Of a DNA stretch of 64,000 bases, positions 8,389 through 20,775 are shown piece after piece. The notes under the pieces were generated by a model, which was not told the DNA's origin, did not search any database, and saw only the letters and a program-made list of their open reading frames with translations. The position numbers and the translations under genes are program-made. Position 1 is the stretch's first letter. Each line of letters opens with the position of its first letter. Origin of the DNA: Candidatus Latescibacterota bacterium (GTDB lineage Bacteria > Latescibacterota > UBA2968 > UBA8231); contig CBDETY010000003.1 of the NCBI GenBank assembly GCA_965243025.1, positions 2,656,001 through 2,720,000 on the forward strand, written 5' to 3'.

Positions 8389-9237
8389 GTGAGCAAGACT
8401 TTCTGGGATTCCACCCAGCGCCATTTTCCCACCCAGGAGGAGCTGGCCGCCCTCGACAGGGACCTGCGGTTTCACCCGGCCCCGGCCGCGGCCGGCGAGA
8501 AGCTGAGCGCGCAACAGCTCGAATCCTACAACCTCGAGGGGTACCTGCTGCCCTTCCGCGTGTTCTCCGACGCCGAGATCGGCCGCCTGCGCTCCCATTT
8601 CGACGGCTGGCTCGAGGAAGCTCAGTGCCAGGGGGCCGACAGCTATTCGATCGTCTCGGCCCACATCAAGCACGGCATCGTCTGGGACCTCCTCAGGGAC
8701 CGGCGCATCACGGCGTACGTCGGCGACATCCTCGGCAGCGACTTCATCTGCTGGGGCGCCCACTTCTTCTGCAAGATGCCAGGCGACGGCAAGCGCGTCT
8801 CCTGGCACCAGGACGCCAGCTACTGGCCCCTTTCTCCCTCGAAGACGGTCTCCGTCTGGCTCGCGGTCGACAGGGCGGACCGCGAAAACGCCTGCATGCA
8901 GTTCGTCGCCGGCTCCCATCTCCACGGCCACCTCGATTTCGTGCGCAGCGCCGAGTCGGAGGCCAACATCCTCAACCAGACCGTGCCGGAGGCGGAGCGC
9001 TTCGGCCACCGGGTGGTCGACGTCGAGCTCGAGGCGGGCGAGATATCCCTGCACTCCGACCTGCTGCTGCACGGCTCGGCCCCGAACCTGTCCGACCGCC
9101 GCCGCTGCGGCCTCACCCTGCGCTACGCCGCCGCCGAGGTGCGCGCCGAGTACAACTGGAACTCCGAGGGGGTCGTCGTCAGCGGCAGCGACCCGGGCGG
9201 TCACTGGGCAGATCCGCCGCGGCCGGCCGCCCACTGA
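8389..9237 (+). CDS. Phytanoyl-CoA dioxygenase (PhyH) family Fe(II)/2OG enzyme
   Basis: WHQDASYWP HxD motif, distal LLHGS.PN, RR; GTG start after AGGAGG. Confidence 0.9.
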   Translation: MSKTFWDSTQRHFPTQEELAALDRDLRFHPAPAAAGEKLSAQQLESYNLEGYLLPFRVFSDAEIGRLRSHFDGWLEEAQCQGADSYSIVSAHIKHGIVWDLLRDRRITAYVGDILGSDFICWGAHFFCKMPGDGKRVSWHQDASYWPLSPSKTVSVWLAVDRADRENACMQFVAGSHLHGHLDFVRSAESEANILNQTVPEAERFGHRVVDVELEAGEISLHSDLLLHGSAPNLSDRRRCGLTLRYAAAEVRAEYNWNSEGVVVSGSDPGGHWADPPRPAAH

Positions 9238-9258
9238 ACCGAAGGTGAAACGCGCCTC

Positions 9259-10746
9259 GTGAAACGAGTCCTCATCGCCGGCCTCTACGAGGAGGTCGGC
9301 AGCTTCAACCCCCTGCTCACCCGGTACGAGGATTTCCAGATCCGCCGCGGCCGGGAAATCCTCGACCAGCTCCGCGGCACCGACAGCGCCACCGCCGGCG
9401 GCATCGCCGTGCTCGAGGCCCGCGGCGACATCGAGCTTGTGCCGACGGTCCACGCCTTCCGCGACGCCACCGGGGGGCCGGTCGCCGCCGCCGACCTCGA
9501 CCGCCTGCTCGAAGAGATCCTCGCTTCCGTGGGCGACCACGCCGACGCCGACGGCGCCTTTCTCTTCCTGCACGGGGCCATGGCCGGGGTCGACGAGGAC
9601 GATCCCGAGGGCCGGCTGGCCGCCGGGGTGCGCGAGATCCTCGGACCCGGAAAGCCGATAACCGCGCCGATGGACCTGCACGCCGTCCTCACCGGCAGAC
9701 TCCTCGACAGCATCGACATCGTCAACCTGCTGCTGACCTACCCCCACACCGACATGGTCTCCACGGGAGAGCGGGCGGCCCGCAACCTGCTGCGCCTCCT
9801 CGACGGCGAAGTGAGCCCGACCACCGCCCGCATCGAGCTGCCGATGCTGGTGCGCGGCGACGAGCTCATCACCGCGACCGGCCTCTTCGGGGAAGCGGTC
9901 CGGCACTGCGAGATGCTGGAGAGAACCGGCGCCTGCCTGGCCGCGGGGGTCAACATCGGCAACCCGTTCACCGACGTTCCCCACCTGCGCTCCAACGTGG
10001 TCGTCACCACGGACAGCCATCCGCAGCGGGCGCGGCGGGAAGCGCTGCGGCTCGCCCGCTTCATGTGGCGCCACCGCGCCGACATGCAGGCCGACCTGAC
10101 CCCCCTGCCCGAGGCGATCCGCCTCGCCGAGGAGACCGAAGGGCTCACCGTGTTCTCCGACGCCGCCGACTCGACCGCGTCGGGCGCGCCAGGGGACAGC
10201 AACGCCGTCCTCCGGGGGCTGTTCGAGCACCGCTATTCGAAGCGCGCCCTGGTTCCCATCGTCGACGCCCCTGCCGTCGCCATGGCCGCGGAGGCCGGTG
10301 TCGGCGCAACCCTGACGCTGCCGCTCGGGGGGACCATCGACAGCGAGCGCCACGCCCCGTTCGAGGTCGAGGCAAGGGTTGTGAGCCTCGGCGACGGCAA
10401 CTTCACCTACGAAGGGGGAATTCCGGGGGAGGCCGGCCTCACCGCGGTGCTCGCCGCGGGCGGACACCGCGTCATGGTCACTGAAAGGCCGGTGATGTGG
10501 GTGGGCCTCCGCGTCTTCCGGGCCCAGGGACTGGAACCGCTGGACTTCGACCTGGTGGTGTGCAAGTCCCCGAACGGGTTCCGCGTCCACTACGAGTCGA
10601 TCGCCGCCCGCATCGTCGCCGTCGACCTGCCGGGAGGGACCAGCGCCAACCTCAGGTCGCTGCCGTACCGGCGCATCCCGCGGCCGATGTACCCCCTCGA
10701 CGAGGATGCCGGACCGCCCCCGGAGTTCAACGGGGCCGACGATTGA
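9259..10746 (+). CDS. M81 family metallopeptidase (MlrC-like)
   Basis: LHGAM, DPEG, MDLHA, YPHTD, VVCKS, RPMYPLD motifs. Confidence 0.88.
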   Translation: MKRVLIAGLYEEVGSFNPLLTRYEDFQIRRGREILDQLRGTDSATAGGIAVLEARGDIELVPTVHAFRDATGGPVAAADLDRLLEEILASVGDHADADGAFLFLHGAMAGVDEDDPEGRLAAGVREILGPGKPITAPMDLHAVLTGRLLDSIDIVNLLLTYPHTDMVSTGERAARNLLRLLDGEVSPTTARIELPMLVRGDELITATGLFGEAVRHCEMLERTGACLAAGVNIGNPFTDVPHLRSNVVVTTDSHPQRARREALRLARFMWRHRADMQADLTPLPEAIRLAEETEGLTVFSDAADSTASGAPGDSNAVLRGLFEHRYSKRALVPIVDAPAVAMAAEAGVGATLTLPLGGTIDSERHAPFEVEARVVSLGDGNFTYEGGIPGEAGLTAVLAAGGHRVMVTERPVMWVGLRVFRAQGLEPLDFDLVVCKSPNGFRVHYESIAARIVAVDLPGGTSANLRSLPYRRIPRPMYPLDEDAGPPPEFNGADD

Positions 10747-10780
10747 CCCCGGCCAGGACCGGGTCGACGGGTGGTGCCGC

Positions 10781-11695
10781 CTACGTTCTGGCCGGCACGA
10801 CCTCCCAGCGGTGATGCTTCGAGCCCCCGGCGGCCTCGGCTGCCAGGGCCTCCTCCCACATCCGCGCCCACTCGCCGTGATCGGTCAGCACCGAGTCCGG
10901 GTTTGAGCGGCTGCGCACAACGAAGTCCGGGTAGAACGGGCGCCCGGTCGGGGTGCCGGTCTTCTGGTAGCGCAGGTCCATGCTCCAGCGCACCGTGTCG
11001 GTGTTGTTCGGGGTCGAGCGATGGGGGATCTCCTTGCTCATCAGCAGCACGTCCCCCTTCTCCATCGGCAGGGTCAGCGGCTCGACGTCCGGCATCGCCT
11101 CTTCGGCGATAACCGTGCCTTTGCCCTGGATGGTCTCGTGCTTCCACAGCCCGGTCCTGTGCACCCTGGGAATGATCTGGAGACAGCCGTTTTCCGGGGT
11201 CGCCGGGACCATCGGCAGCCAAACCGTCAGGATGAAGTGGGGATCCGCCTCCTCCCAGGTCACGCCGGCGTCCTGGTGCCAGGGCGCCACGTGGCCGTCC
11301 CCCCCCTTCGTGGTGCCGTGGGGCAGCTTGCCGCGGATGTGCTGGATCGGGCTGCAGATGATCTCCGGCCCGACGATGGGCTCGACGAGATCGAGCAGGT
11401 TGTCGTTGAGCAGGAATTCGAACGACGCCTTCCCCCGCAGCCGGTATATGTCGAGGTCGGCGTAGATCTCCGCGCACTGGTCGTTGATCAGGGCGAGCCG
11501 CTTCTCGAACGGGGCGTCGGCGTGCCGGTCGCCGATCTTCCCCTCGGCGAGCAGCTCGTTCGCCCGCCGGTCGATGTGCGCCTCGTACTCCTCGATGACG
11601 GGGTCGACGTCGCTGTCGGCGAGGATGCCCCGCAGCAGCAGGAAGCCGTCGTTGCCGAACATCGTCAGTTGTTCTTCGGTCAGTCCCATGTCCAT
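10781..11695 (-). CDS. Phytanoyl-CoA dioxygenase (PhyH) family enzyme
   Basis: PWHQDAG, VWLPM, ENGCLQIIP, PHRSTPN, RWSMDLRY; start uncertain (11689-11725). Confidence 0.9.
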   Translation of the reverse strand: MDMGLTEEQLTMFGNDGFLLLRGILADSDVDPVIEEYEAHIDRRANELLAEGKIGDRHADAPFEKRLALINDQCAEIYADLDIYRLRGKASFEFLLNDNLLDLVEPIVGPEIICSPIQHIRGKLPHGTTKGGDGHVAPWHQDAGVTWEEADPHFILTVWLPMVPATPENGCLQIIPRVHRTGLWKHETIQGKGTVIAEEAMPDVEPLTLPMEKGDVLLMSKEIPHRSTPNNTDTVRWSMDLRYQKTGTPTGRPFYPDFVVRSRSNPDSVLTDHGEWARMWEEALAAEAAGGSKHHRWEVVPART

Positions 11696-11830
11696 GCTCC
11701 GATACGTGAAAGGGTGCTTTCCCAAAGGTGCCCTTTGAGGGCGGAGTCAGCAAGCATTCCGGGTTGAATCATTTCTCCCCAATTCTACGAAATTTCCCGC
11801 CACCATCGCCTGACCCACCAAAGGCCGAAA

Positions 11831-11850
11831 GTTGCTTCCAGTTGCTTCCA
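11831..11850. repeat. Perfect 10-bp tandem direct repeat (GTTGCTTCCA x2)
   Basis: Seen directly in the recQ-PhyH intergenic region. Confidence 0.7.
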
Positions 11851-11864
11851 CTGGTGTACCGTTT

Positions 11865-13700
<1,836 letters not shown>

Positions 13701-13976
13701 CGGGGGTTCAGCCTGTACCTTCGAAGAAATGCGGAAGTCCGCGCCCGTTTTCACGGTCAAGGACAGGAAGCATTGCGTGTTTCTGGACCTGGACAGGACG
13801 AATGCAGCACGGCCCTTAAAAGCGAAACCGCATCCGCTCCAGCTGATTTTCGTGCGACGGACCGGAGGCTTCCGAGCGCCTGCTCTGCAACGGTCCGCCT
13901 GCAGACTTCGAGCCAGACCTTCTCCCGGCGTGTCAGGTCGGGCATGGTTGGTCTCTCCAGTAGACGGATCCCGCGG

Positions 13977-14816
13977 CTACTCGGCTACCGCCTCCTCTCC
14001 CAAGTTCTCGCGGATCCACTCCCGCAGCGGCACGTCCTCCTCCTTCGGGGAGGTGAACCCCATCCCCCCGGTCGGCCCGGCCCCGAGCAGCTGCCGCCTG
14101 ACGGGATCGCAGCGCTCCATGTAGTGGCCCACGGTCATGTCGTCGCGCGGCTTGAGCCAGCGGTAGCTGTACCCGTAGAAAAGCACCTTGCGGGTGATGT
14201 TCGAGCGGTTGCGGCCGGCCGCGTGCCACAACCGGCGGTCGAAGAAGACGGCGTCCCCCGGCCTGGCGCGGATCTCCGTCGCCCCCGGGGGATCGGAGCC
14301 GTCCCGGGGCAGCTCGAGCTCGTTGCGCAGGTGGCTCCCGGGCACCACGGTGAAGTTGCCGCGGTGCGGCTGCGAGGTGTCGGTGAGGAAGTAGGCGACC
14401 TTGAGCGACACCCGGGGGCGCGGATTCCCCTCGAGCTCGATGTTGAGCCTGCCGGTGTCCTGGTGCCAGCCGAGCCGCCTGTCGAGCCGGCGGTTCTCCT
14501 CCGAAAGCGGCGGCGTCACCACGATGTGGGAGTGATAGAGCTGGATGTGCCAGCCGAGGATCCCCCACACCTTCGGAAAGGTCAGCGGCCAGTCGAGAAG
14601 CTCGAGGAAGACGTCGTCCCTGCCGATGAAATCGAGCAGCAGGTACGACTCGCGAGGGTCCGGGGGCAGCTCGATGCGGTCGGTCGCCGCCTCCAGCCGG
14701 GATACGAGGTCGGCGGGAACCACGCCGGGAACCTGGAAGTAGCCGTCCCTTTCGAAGGCGAGCCGCTCTTCTTCGGTCAGGCAGTGCTCGAGACAGGAAG
14801 GGTCCATTTCATTCAC
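13977..14816 (-). CDS. Phytanoyl-CoA dioxygenase (PhyH) family enzyme
   Basis: GWHQDTG, VVPGSH, FDRRLWHA, RKVLFYGYSYRW. Confidence 0.9.
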   Translation of the reverse strand: MNEMDPSCLEHCLTEEERLAFERDGYFQVPGVVPADLVSRLEAATDRIELPPDPRESYLLLDFIGRDDVFLELLDWPLTFPKVWGILGWHIQLYHSHIVVTPPLSEENRRLDRRLGWHQDTGRLNIELEGNPRPRVSLKVAYFLTDTSQPHRGNFTVVPGSHLRNELELPRDGSDPPGATEIRARPGDAVFFDRRLWHAAGRNRSNITRKVLFYGYSYRWLKPRDDMTVGHYMERCDPVRRQLLGAGPTGGMGFTSPKEEDVPLREWIRENLGEEAVAE

Positions 14817-14965
14817 CTGTTTGCAGTGGGGCCGCCCCGGCGCAAGCCCGTCCCGGATCGGTGGCCGTCAGGATTCCATGCCGGGCAGGAAGCGAGCCTC
14901 CAGGGCAGGGAATGCGGCGGCCGCATGACGCGGGAGCTGTGCCGGGAAACAGCGGTTTCACCTGA

Positions 14966-14994
14966 TTGACATCCGCAAAAAAGATCGCTAAGGT
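14966..14994 (+). promoter_or_regulatory. Putative sigma70 promoter of the CocE-dehydrogenase operon
   Basis: TTGACA-N17-TAAGGT, 38 nt upstream of the CocE start. Confidence 0.6.
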
Positions 14995-15032
14995 CGCCCG
15001 CCGCTGCTACCGACCAACCGGGAGACAGATCC

Positions 15033-16706
15033 TTGGCTGAAACCTACGACGTCGACCTGCAACTCGATCTCAAGGTGCCGATGCGCGACGGCGTCGGGCT
15101 GTCGGCCGACATCTACCGGCCGCGCGCTCCCGGGCGCTTTCCCACGGTGCTGATCCGCACCCCGTACGACAACAACAGCCTCATCGCCAAGGCCCGCAGC
15201 CTCGCCAACCGGGGCTACGTCTGCGTCGCCCAGGACTGCCGCGGCCGCTGGGACTCCGACGGCGGCTACTACCCCTTTCACCCCGACGGCGAAGACGGGT
15301 ACGACACCCAGGAATGGATCGGCAGGCAGGAGTGGAGCAACGGAAAGATCGGCATGTCCGGGGCTTCCTACCTCGGCCTGGTCCAGTGGCAGAGCGCCGT
15401 GCACGCCAGCGAGCACCTGACCTGCATGGCCCCGCGCGTCATCTGCGCCGACTTCTACCAGGGCCTCGTCCACCCCGGAGGGGCCCTGCAGCTGGGGGTC
15501 TGCATGACCTGGGGCATGCGCACCAACGGCCGCACCGCCCAGGACATCGACTACCACAACTGGACCGAGGCTTTCCGCGGCCTGCCGGTCGCCGGCATCG
15601 ACGAGCTGGCCGGCCGCCGCATGCAGTTCTGGAAGGACTGGGTCGACCATCCCTGCTACGACGACTACTGGAAGGCGGTCGACGTCGAGAAGCGATTCGC
15701 CGACATCCGCGCCCCCGCCTTCAACATGGGGGGCTGGTACGACCTTTACGCGCGCGACACCTTCGTCTGCTTCAACGGCCTGCGCCGGCAGGGGGCCACT
15801 CCCGAGGCGAGGCGGAGCAAGCTGATCGTCGGCCCCTGGCCGCACTCGCTGAGCACCTCGACGAGGACCGGGGACATCGACTTCGGGGCCGACTCGATGG
15901 TCGACCTCGAGGGCCTGGAGCTGCGCTGGTTCGACTACTGGCTGAAGGGGATCGACAACGGCGTCGCCGGCGAACCGCCCCTGCGGCTGTTCATCATGGG
16001 CAGCAACCAGTGGCGGGACGAGCACGAGTGGCCGCTGGCGCGCACCGACTGGCAGAAGTGGCACCTCCATTCGCGGGGCAGCGCCAACACCCTGCTCGGG
16101 GACGGGTCGCTTTCCCCGCAGGCCCCAGGCGACGAGCCGCCCGACCGGTACGTCTACGATCCCGAGCACCCGGTGCAGACCAACGGGGGCAACAACTGCT
16201 GCTCTCCCCACATCGTCCCCTGGGGCCCTTACGATCAGCGCCCGGTGGAGATGCGGGGAGACGTGCTCTGCTACACGAGCGCGCCGCTGCGGGAGGCGAT
16301 GGAAGTGACCGGGCCGATAAAAGTGGTGCTGTTCGCCGCCACCGACGGCCGCGACACCGACTGGACCGCCAAGCTCGTCGACGTCTCCCCGGCCGGCTAC
16401 GCCATGAACCTGTGCGACGGCATCATCCGCGCCCGCTTCCACGAGGGTTTCGAGAGCGAGTCCCTGCTCGAGCCGGAGCGGATCTACCGCTACGAGATCG
16501 ACCTCTCGGCGACCGGCAACCTCTTCCGCGCCGGGCACCGGATCAGGCTGGAGATCTCGTCGTCGAACTTCCCGCGCTTCGACCGCAACCCGAACACCGG
16601 CAACGAGCTTGGCAAGGACACCGAGATGCGCAGGGCGAGGCAGACCGTCCACCACGACGCTGCCAACCCGTCGCACCTGCTGCTGCCGGTGATCCCGGCG
16701 GGCTGA
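15033..16706 (+). CDS. CocE/NonD family hydrolase (peptidase S15-like)
   Basis: VPMRDGV, RTPY, QDCRGR, GASYLG nucleophile elbow, GWYD, GPWPH, SSSNFPRFDRNPNTG. Confidence 0.93.
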   Translation: MAETYDVDLQLDLKVPMRDGVGLSADIYRPRAPGRFPTVLIRTPYDNNSLIAKARSLANRGYVCVAQDCRGRWDSDGGYYPFHPDGEDGYDTQEWIGRQEWSNGKIGMSGASYLGLVQWQSAVHASEHLTCMAPRVICADFYQGLVHPGGALQLGVCMTWGMRTNGRTAQDIDYHNWTEAFRGLPVAGIDELAGRRMQFWKDWVDHPCYDDYWKAVDVEKRFADIRAPAFNMGGWYDLYARDTFVCFNGLRRQGATPEARRSKLIVGPWPHSLSTSTRTGDIDFGADSMVDLEGLELRWFDYWLKGIDNGVAGEPPLRLFIMGSNQWRDEHEWPLARTDWQKWHLHSRGSANTLLGDGSLSPQAPGDEPPDRYVYDPEHPVQTNGGNNCCSPHIVPWGPYDQRPVEMRGDVLCYTSAPLREAMEVTGPIKVVLFAATDGRDTDWTAKLVDVSPAGYAMNLCDGIIRARFHEGFESESLLEPERIYRYEIDLSATGNLFRAGHRIRLEISSSNFPRFDRNPNTGNELGKDTEMRRARQTVHHDAANPSHLLLPVIPAG

Positions 16707-16751
16707 GCGGCACCGAACACAGTCGGCCCCGATGGCGAAGGCTCTCATCCA

Positions 16752-17921
16752 TTGGCTGCGACCGAGGTAGAAGTCGCCACCTTCGACGGCCCCGGAGCGC
16801 CGCCGCGGATCCAGTCCGTTGAGCGGCCCCCGGTTCCGGAGCGGGCCGCCCTGATCGAGGTGGGGGCCTGCGGCGTCTGCGGCACCGACCTGCACATCCT
16901 GAAAGGTCACTGGCCGAAGCCGCTGCCCTGGCCCTTCACCCTCGGGCACGAGGTCGCCGGCGTAATCGCCGAGAAGGGCTCCGGCCTCGAGGCCGACTAC
17001 ATGGGCAAGCCGCTCGAGGTGGGCGCGAAAGTCATGATCCCGCCGCTGATGCCCTGCGGCGAGTGCCACTACTGCCGCCACTACCCCGCCCATGCCAACA
17101 AGTGCCTCAACCCGACCTACTACGGCCGCTACATCCCGTTCGCAAAGCCGCCGCACCTGTGGGGCGGCTGGGCGGAGATGGTCTACGTCGACCTCGACAT
17201 GTTCCCGGCGACCAAGATCTACCGCCTGCCCGACGACATGACCTGCATGCAGGGCTCCCTGTCCGAGCCGCTCGCCTGCTGCATACGCGCCCTCGGGCGG
17301 GCGCGCTCGGTGGGCGGCTTCGGCTACGGCGACGCGGTGGTCGTTCAGGGGGCCGGACCGATCGCCGTGCTGATGGTGGCGGCGGCGCGCGAGATGGGGG
17401 CCGGACCGATCGTCGTCATCGGCGCCCCGGAAGAGCCCCGACTCGCCCTCTGCCGGGAGTTCTCCGCGGCGGCGACTGTCTGCCTCGACGACCACCCCGC
17501 ATCCGGGGCCCGCGTCGAGGCGGTGCGCGAGAAGCTCGCCGGTCTCGGGGCCCGGTTCGGGGCCGATCTGGCGATCGACTGCGCCGGCCATCCCTCGGCC
17601 GGCCCCGAGGGCCTCGAGATGCTCCGCGACGGCGGCACCTACGTCGAAATGGGGCAGTTCACCGACGCCGGGGCGGTCGCCACCAACTGGCACCGCATCT
17701 GCGCCAAGGACGTGACCATCGTCGCTTCCTGGGGAATAACCGCGGGCGACCTGCCGCTCGGGGTCGACATGCTGCACCGGGCGCGGGAGCGGTTCCCCTG
17801 GCGGCGCATGCAGACGGTCTTTCCCTTCACCCGGGAGGGGGTGCAGGAGGCGACCCGGAAGGCCATGGCCATGGAGTGCGTCAAGGCGACCATCCTGCCG
17901 AATCCGTCGCTCGCCGAGTAG
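16752..17921 (+). CDS. Zinc-dependent alcohol dehydrogenase (MDR family)
   Basis: CGVCGTDLH, LGHE, structural Zn CGECHYC..C, GAGPI. Confidence 0.92.
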   Translation: MAATEVEVATFDGPGAPPRIQSVERPPVPERAALIEVGACGVCGTDLHILKGHWPKPLPWPFTLGHEVAGVIAEKGSGLEADYMGKPLEVGAKVMIPPLMPCGECHYCRHYPAHANKCLNPTYYGRYIPFAKPPHLWGGWAEMVYVDLDMFPATKIYRLPDDMTCMQGSLSEPLACCIRALGRARSVGGFGYGDAVVVQGAGPIAVLMVAAAREMGAGPIVVIGAPEEPRLALCREFSAAATVCLDDHPASGARVEAVREKLAGLGARFGADLAIDCAGHPSAGPEGLEMLRDGGTYVEMGQFTDAGAVATNWHRICAKDVTIVASWGITAGDLPLGVDMLHRARERFPWRRMQTVFPFTREGVQEATRKAMAMECVKATILPNPSLAE

Positions 17922-18324
17922 GGTCCCGTTCCATCCCTTTGCCGTTTCCCGCCGAATCCGCGAATCGATACCGGACCGGGACAACAGGTGCCGGCCCGGT
18001 ATCGCTGCAATCGTAACCGAAGCTTCGCCGGATCGCCACGCCCCGGCCGCCGGGACGAAACCCGCAGGACGCCGGTCCGACGCGGATCGAGCGCCGCGCA
18101 GCCGCGGATCCCGGGCTACCGCCCGACGGCGGTTGGCAGCGTCCCGACGGCGCCGGGAACTCCCGGTACTTTCGCCTGACCCCGCGCGGATTCGCCCCCG
18201 GCCCGGCGGGAAGAAACAAGGTGGGGTGATTCGTCAGCTCATCCGATGGCGGGCATGATGCGTTGGAACGGCCTCGAGCGCCGGCCTATCGTTAGCAGCA
18301 TCACGCTCAACGAAAGGGTCCCTC

Positions 18325-19545
18325 ATGCCATTCGACCTGCTGCTCACCGGCGGCCACGTCATCGATCCCGCCAACTCCATCGACACCCTTGCCGACGTCG
18401 CCGTCAGCGACGGCAGGATCGCCGCCGTAGAGGCCGGAATCCCCTCCTCGCAGGCCGGCAGAACGATCGACGTCTCCGGGCTCTACGTGACCCCAGGGCT
18501 CGTCGACGTCCACGTCCACCTCTACGCCACCCCGGGCAACCGCAATGCCTGGGCAGGGGACAAGAGCGTCCTGCCGGACGGCTTCAGCTTCCGCACCGGG
18601 GTCACGACCATGGCCGACACCGGATCGGCCGGCTGGCGCAACCTCGATGACTTCCGCCACCGCGTCATCGACCGCTTCGACACCCGCGCCTACGCCTTCG
18701 TCAACATCGCCGGTCTCGGCATGGCCACCGACAGCACCGAGCAGAACACCGCCGACATGGACCCGGAGCGGACCGCGGCCATGGCGCGCGAGCACGCCGA
18801 TATCGTCGTCGGCATCAAGACCGCCCACTACCGCGGGCCGGACTGGACCTCCGTCGACCGCACCCTCGATGCCGGACGGCGCGCCGGCCTCCCGGTCATG
18901 GTCGACTTCGGCTTCTTCCATCGCACCCGGCCCTACTACGAGCTCGTCGGCGAGCGCCTGCGGCCCGGCGACATCAGCACCCACATGTACCGGGGCCCGA
19001 TTCCGATCCGCGGCGGGGACGGCAACCTCTATCCCTACCTGTGGCAGGCGCGCGAGCGGGGAGTGCTGTTCGACCTGGGGCACGGGGCGGGAAGCTTCGT
19101 CTGGGCCAACGCCGTTCCCTGCATCGAGCAGGGGTTCTGGCCCGATTCGATCTCCACCGACCTTCACACCATGAGCATGAACATCGGAATGCTCGACATG
19201 GCGACCACCATGTCGAAATGCCTGGTGATGGGGATGCCCCTCAACGACGTGATCAAGGCCTCGACCGTCGACGCGGCGCGGGTTATCGGCCGGCCCGAGC
19301 ACGGCCACCTTGCGGTCGGGGCGGCCGCCGACATCGCCGTGCTGCGGATGCTCGAGGGCTCTTTCGGATACCTCGACTCGTTCGAGGGCCGCTACGAGGG
19401 GGACCGGCGTCTGGTCTGCGAGCTGACCCTGAAGGACGGCGAGGTGATGTGGGACTGGAACGGCCGTTCCGGGGTCGACTACCGCGAGATGGGGGACAGC
19501 GTCGGCATCAGGGGCGGCGAAGAGCGCACCCCTCCTCCCGCCTGA
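18325..19545 (+). CDS. Amidohydrolase/deacetylase family metallohydrolase (dihydroorotase-like)
   Basis: PGLVDVHVH, DTGSAG, VGIKTAH, DLGHGAGSF, PDSISTDLH. Confidence 0.88.
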   Translation: MPFDLLLTGGHVIDPANSIDTLADVAVSDGRIAAVEAGIPSSQAGRTIDVSGLYVTPGLVDVHVHLYATPGNRNAWAGDKSVLPDGFSFRTGVTTMADTGSAGWRNLDDFRHRVIDRFDTRAYAFVNIAGLGMATDSTEQNTADMDPERTAAMAREHADIVVGIKTAHYRGPDWTSVDRTLDAGRRAGLPVMVDFGFFHRTRPYYELVGERLRPGDISTHMYRGPIPIRGGDGNLYPYLWQARERGVLFDLGHGAGSFVWANAVPCIEQGFWPDSISTDLHTMSMNIGMLDMATTMSKCLVMGMPLNDVIKASTVDAARVIGRPEHGHLAVGAAADIAVLRMLEGSFGYLDSFEGRYEGDRRLVCELTLKDGEVMWDWNGRSGVDYREMGDSVGIRGGEERTPPPA

Positions 19546-19551
19546 GCGGGA

Positions 19552-20775
19552 CTACACCACGGCGACCGAGGTGCGCTCGATCTCGTCCCAGTCCGGTTCC
19601 GGGGGCCGCACCGGCTTCCAGGCGATCGACATCCAGCCGTCCTCGACGACCGTAGTGCCGAGACAGTCGAGCTCGTCGTCCGCCGGGCGTGGAGAGAGCC
19701 CGCCGCCGGCCGCCTCGAAGATCGGGTCGTTGCTGTTGGCGAGGATGGTGTTGGGGTCGCCGCCGTGAACCCGGACGCCGAAGCTCTCGGCGAGCTGGGC
19801 CTGCTTCACGGACCCGGTGATGCCCACCCCGCGCTGGCGCACGATGTCGGCGGCCCCGAGGGCGAGGTAGGGAGCGGTGTTGAACGGCTGGCCGCCGATG
19901 GCGCCGATCCACTCCAAGGTCAGGACCGGCAGGTCGAGGGCGTCGCACAGCTTCTTCAACCCCATGATGTCGTAGTCCTGCAGGGGCTCCTCGATCCAGG
20001 TGTAGTTGAGCTTCTCCAGCTGCCGCCCGATCTGGATCGCCTCCATGCAGGTGTAGGATTCCACCGGGTCGTGGAGCAGGATGAAGTCGTCCCCGAGGGC
20101 CCGGCGCAGCTCGGTCCCGAGCTCGGTGTTCCCCCTGACACCGCGGTAGGAGTGGTCCTTGCAGCCGACGAAGCCGTCCTCCCTGACCTTGAGGGCGCTG
20201 GCGACCAGGTCGTCGATGGTGTCGCCGCCGATGTTGCGGTACGCCGGGATGCGCTCCCGCGAGGCTCCCAGCAGCTTGTAGACCGGCATGCAGGCGTAGC
20301 GGCTCGCCAGGTTCCAGAGCATGCGGTCGACCATGTCGACGACGCCGCGGCCGGTGTAGAAGAAGCGCTGCGCGTACCACAGCCGCTGCCAGATGAACTC
20401 GCGGTCGAAGGCGTCGACCCCGAGCAGCATCGGCGCCAGCCTGACCTTGAACTCCTTGGCCGCCCACTCGAGGTCGTCGGCGTGGAAACCCCTGCCGAAA
20501 CCGGCGTAGGCGTCGAAATCGCCGTCGGTGACCAGGCGGATGGTCGACTTGAAGTGCGGGCTTTCTTCGGCGGCTGTGTACTGGAGGCAGAGGGCGCCCG
20601 GATCGATCAGGTCTTCGTCGATGCGGATCGAACCGTCGCGGAAGCCGCCGGAGTGGGTGAACAGACCCGACAGGCCGGGAGGGACCTTTTCGATCGTTCC
20701 CATGCCTCCGTTCGCGACGCTTCGGCGGCGGGTGCCGTCGGGCTGTATGTAGAATTTTACGTCCCTGATCAACAT
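19552..20775 (-). CDS. Mandelate racemase / muconate lactonizing enzyme (enolase superfamily)
   Basis: PVYKLLG, KxH (CKDH), metal ligands in LHDP, WIEEP, LEW. Confidence 0.82.
   Translation of the reverse strand: MLIRDVKFYIQPDGTRRRSVANGGMGTIEKVPPGLSGLFTHSGGFRDGSIRIDEDLIDPGALCLQYTAAEESPHFKSTIRLVTDGDFDAYAGFGRGFHADDLEWAAKEFKVRLAPMLLGVDAFDREFIWQRLWYAQRFFYTGRGVVDMVDRMLWNLASRYACMPVYKLLGASRERIPAYRNIGGDTIDDLVASALKVREDGFVGCKDHSYRGVRGNTELGTELRRALGDDFILLHDPVESYTCMEAIQIGRQLEKLNYTWIEEPLQDYDIMGLKKLCDALDLPVLTLEWIGAIGGQPFNTAPYLALGAADIVRQRGVGITGSVKQAQLAESFGVRVHGGDPNTILANSNDPIFEAAGGGLSPRPADDELDCLGTTVVEDGWMSIAWKPVRPPEPDWDEIERTSVAVV

Noticed and set aside
7192-10590. Very long antisense ORFs (e.g. 1132 aa here; also 11832-14969, 14988-17984, 25669-29043, 28931-31828, 46323-49157, 58597-61590)
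   Set aside because: Shadow ORFs opposite well-supported genes in high-GC DNA; no recognisable motifs
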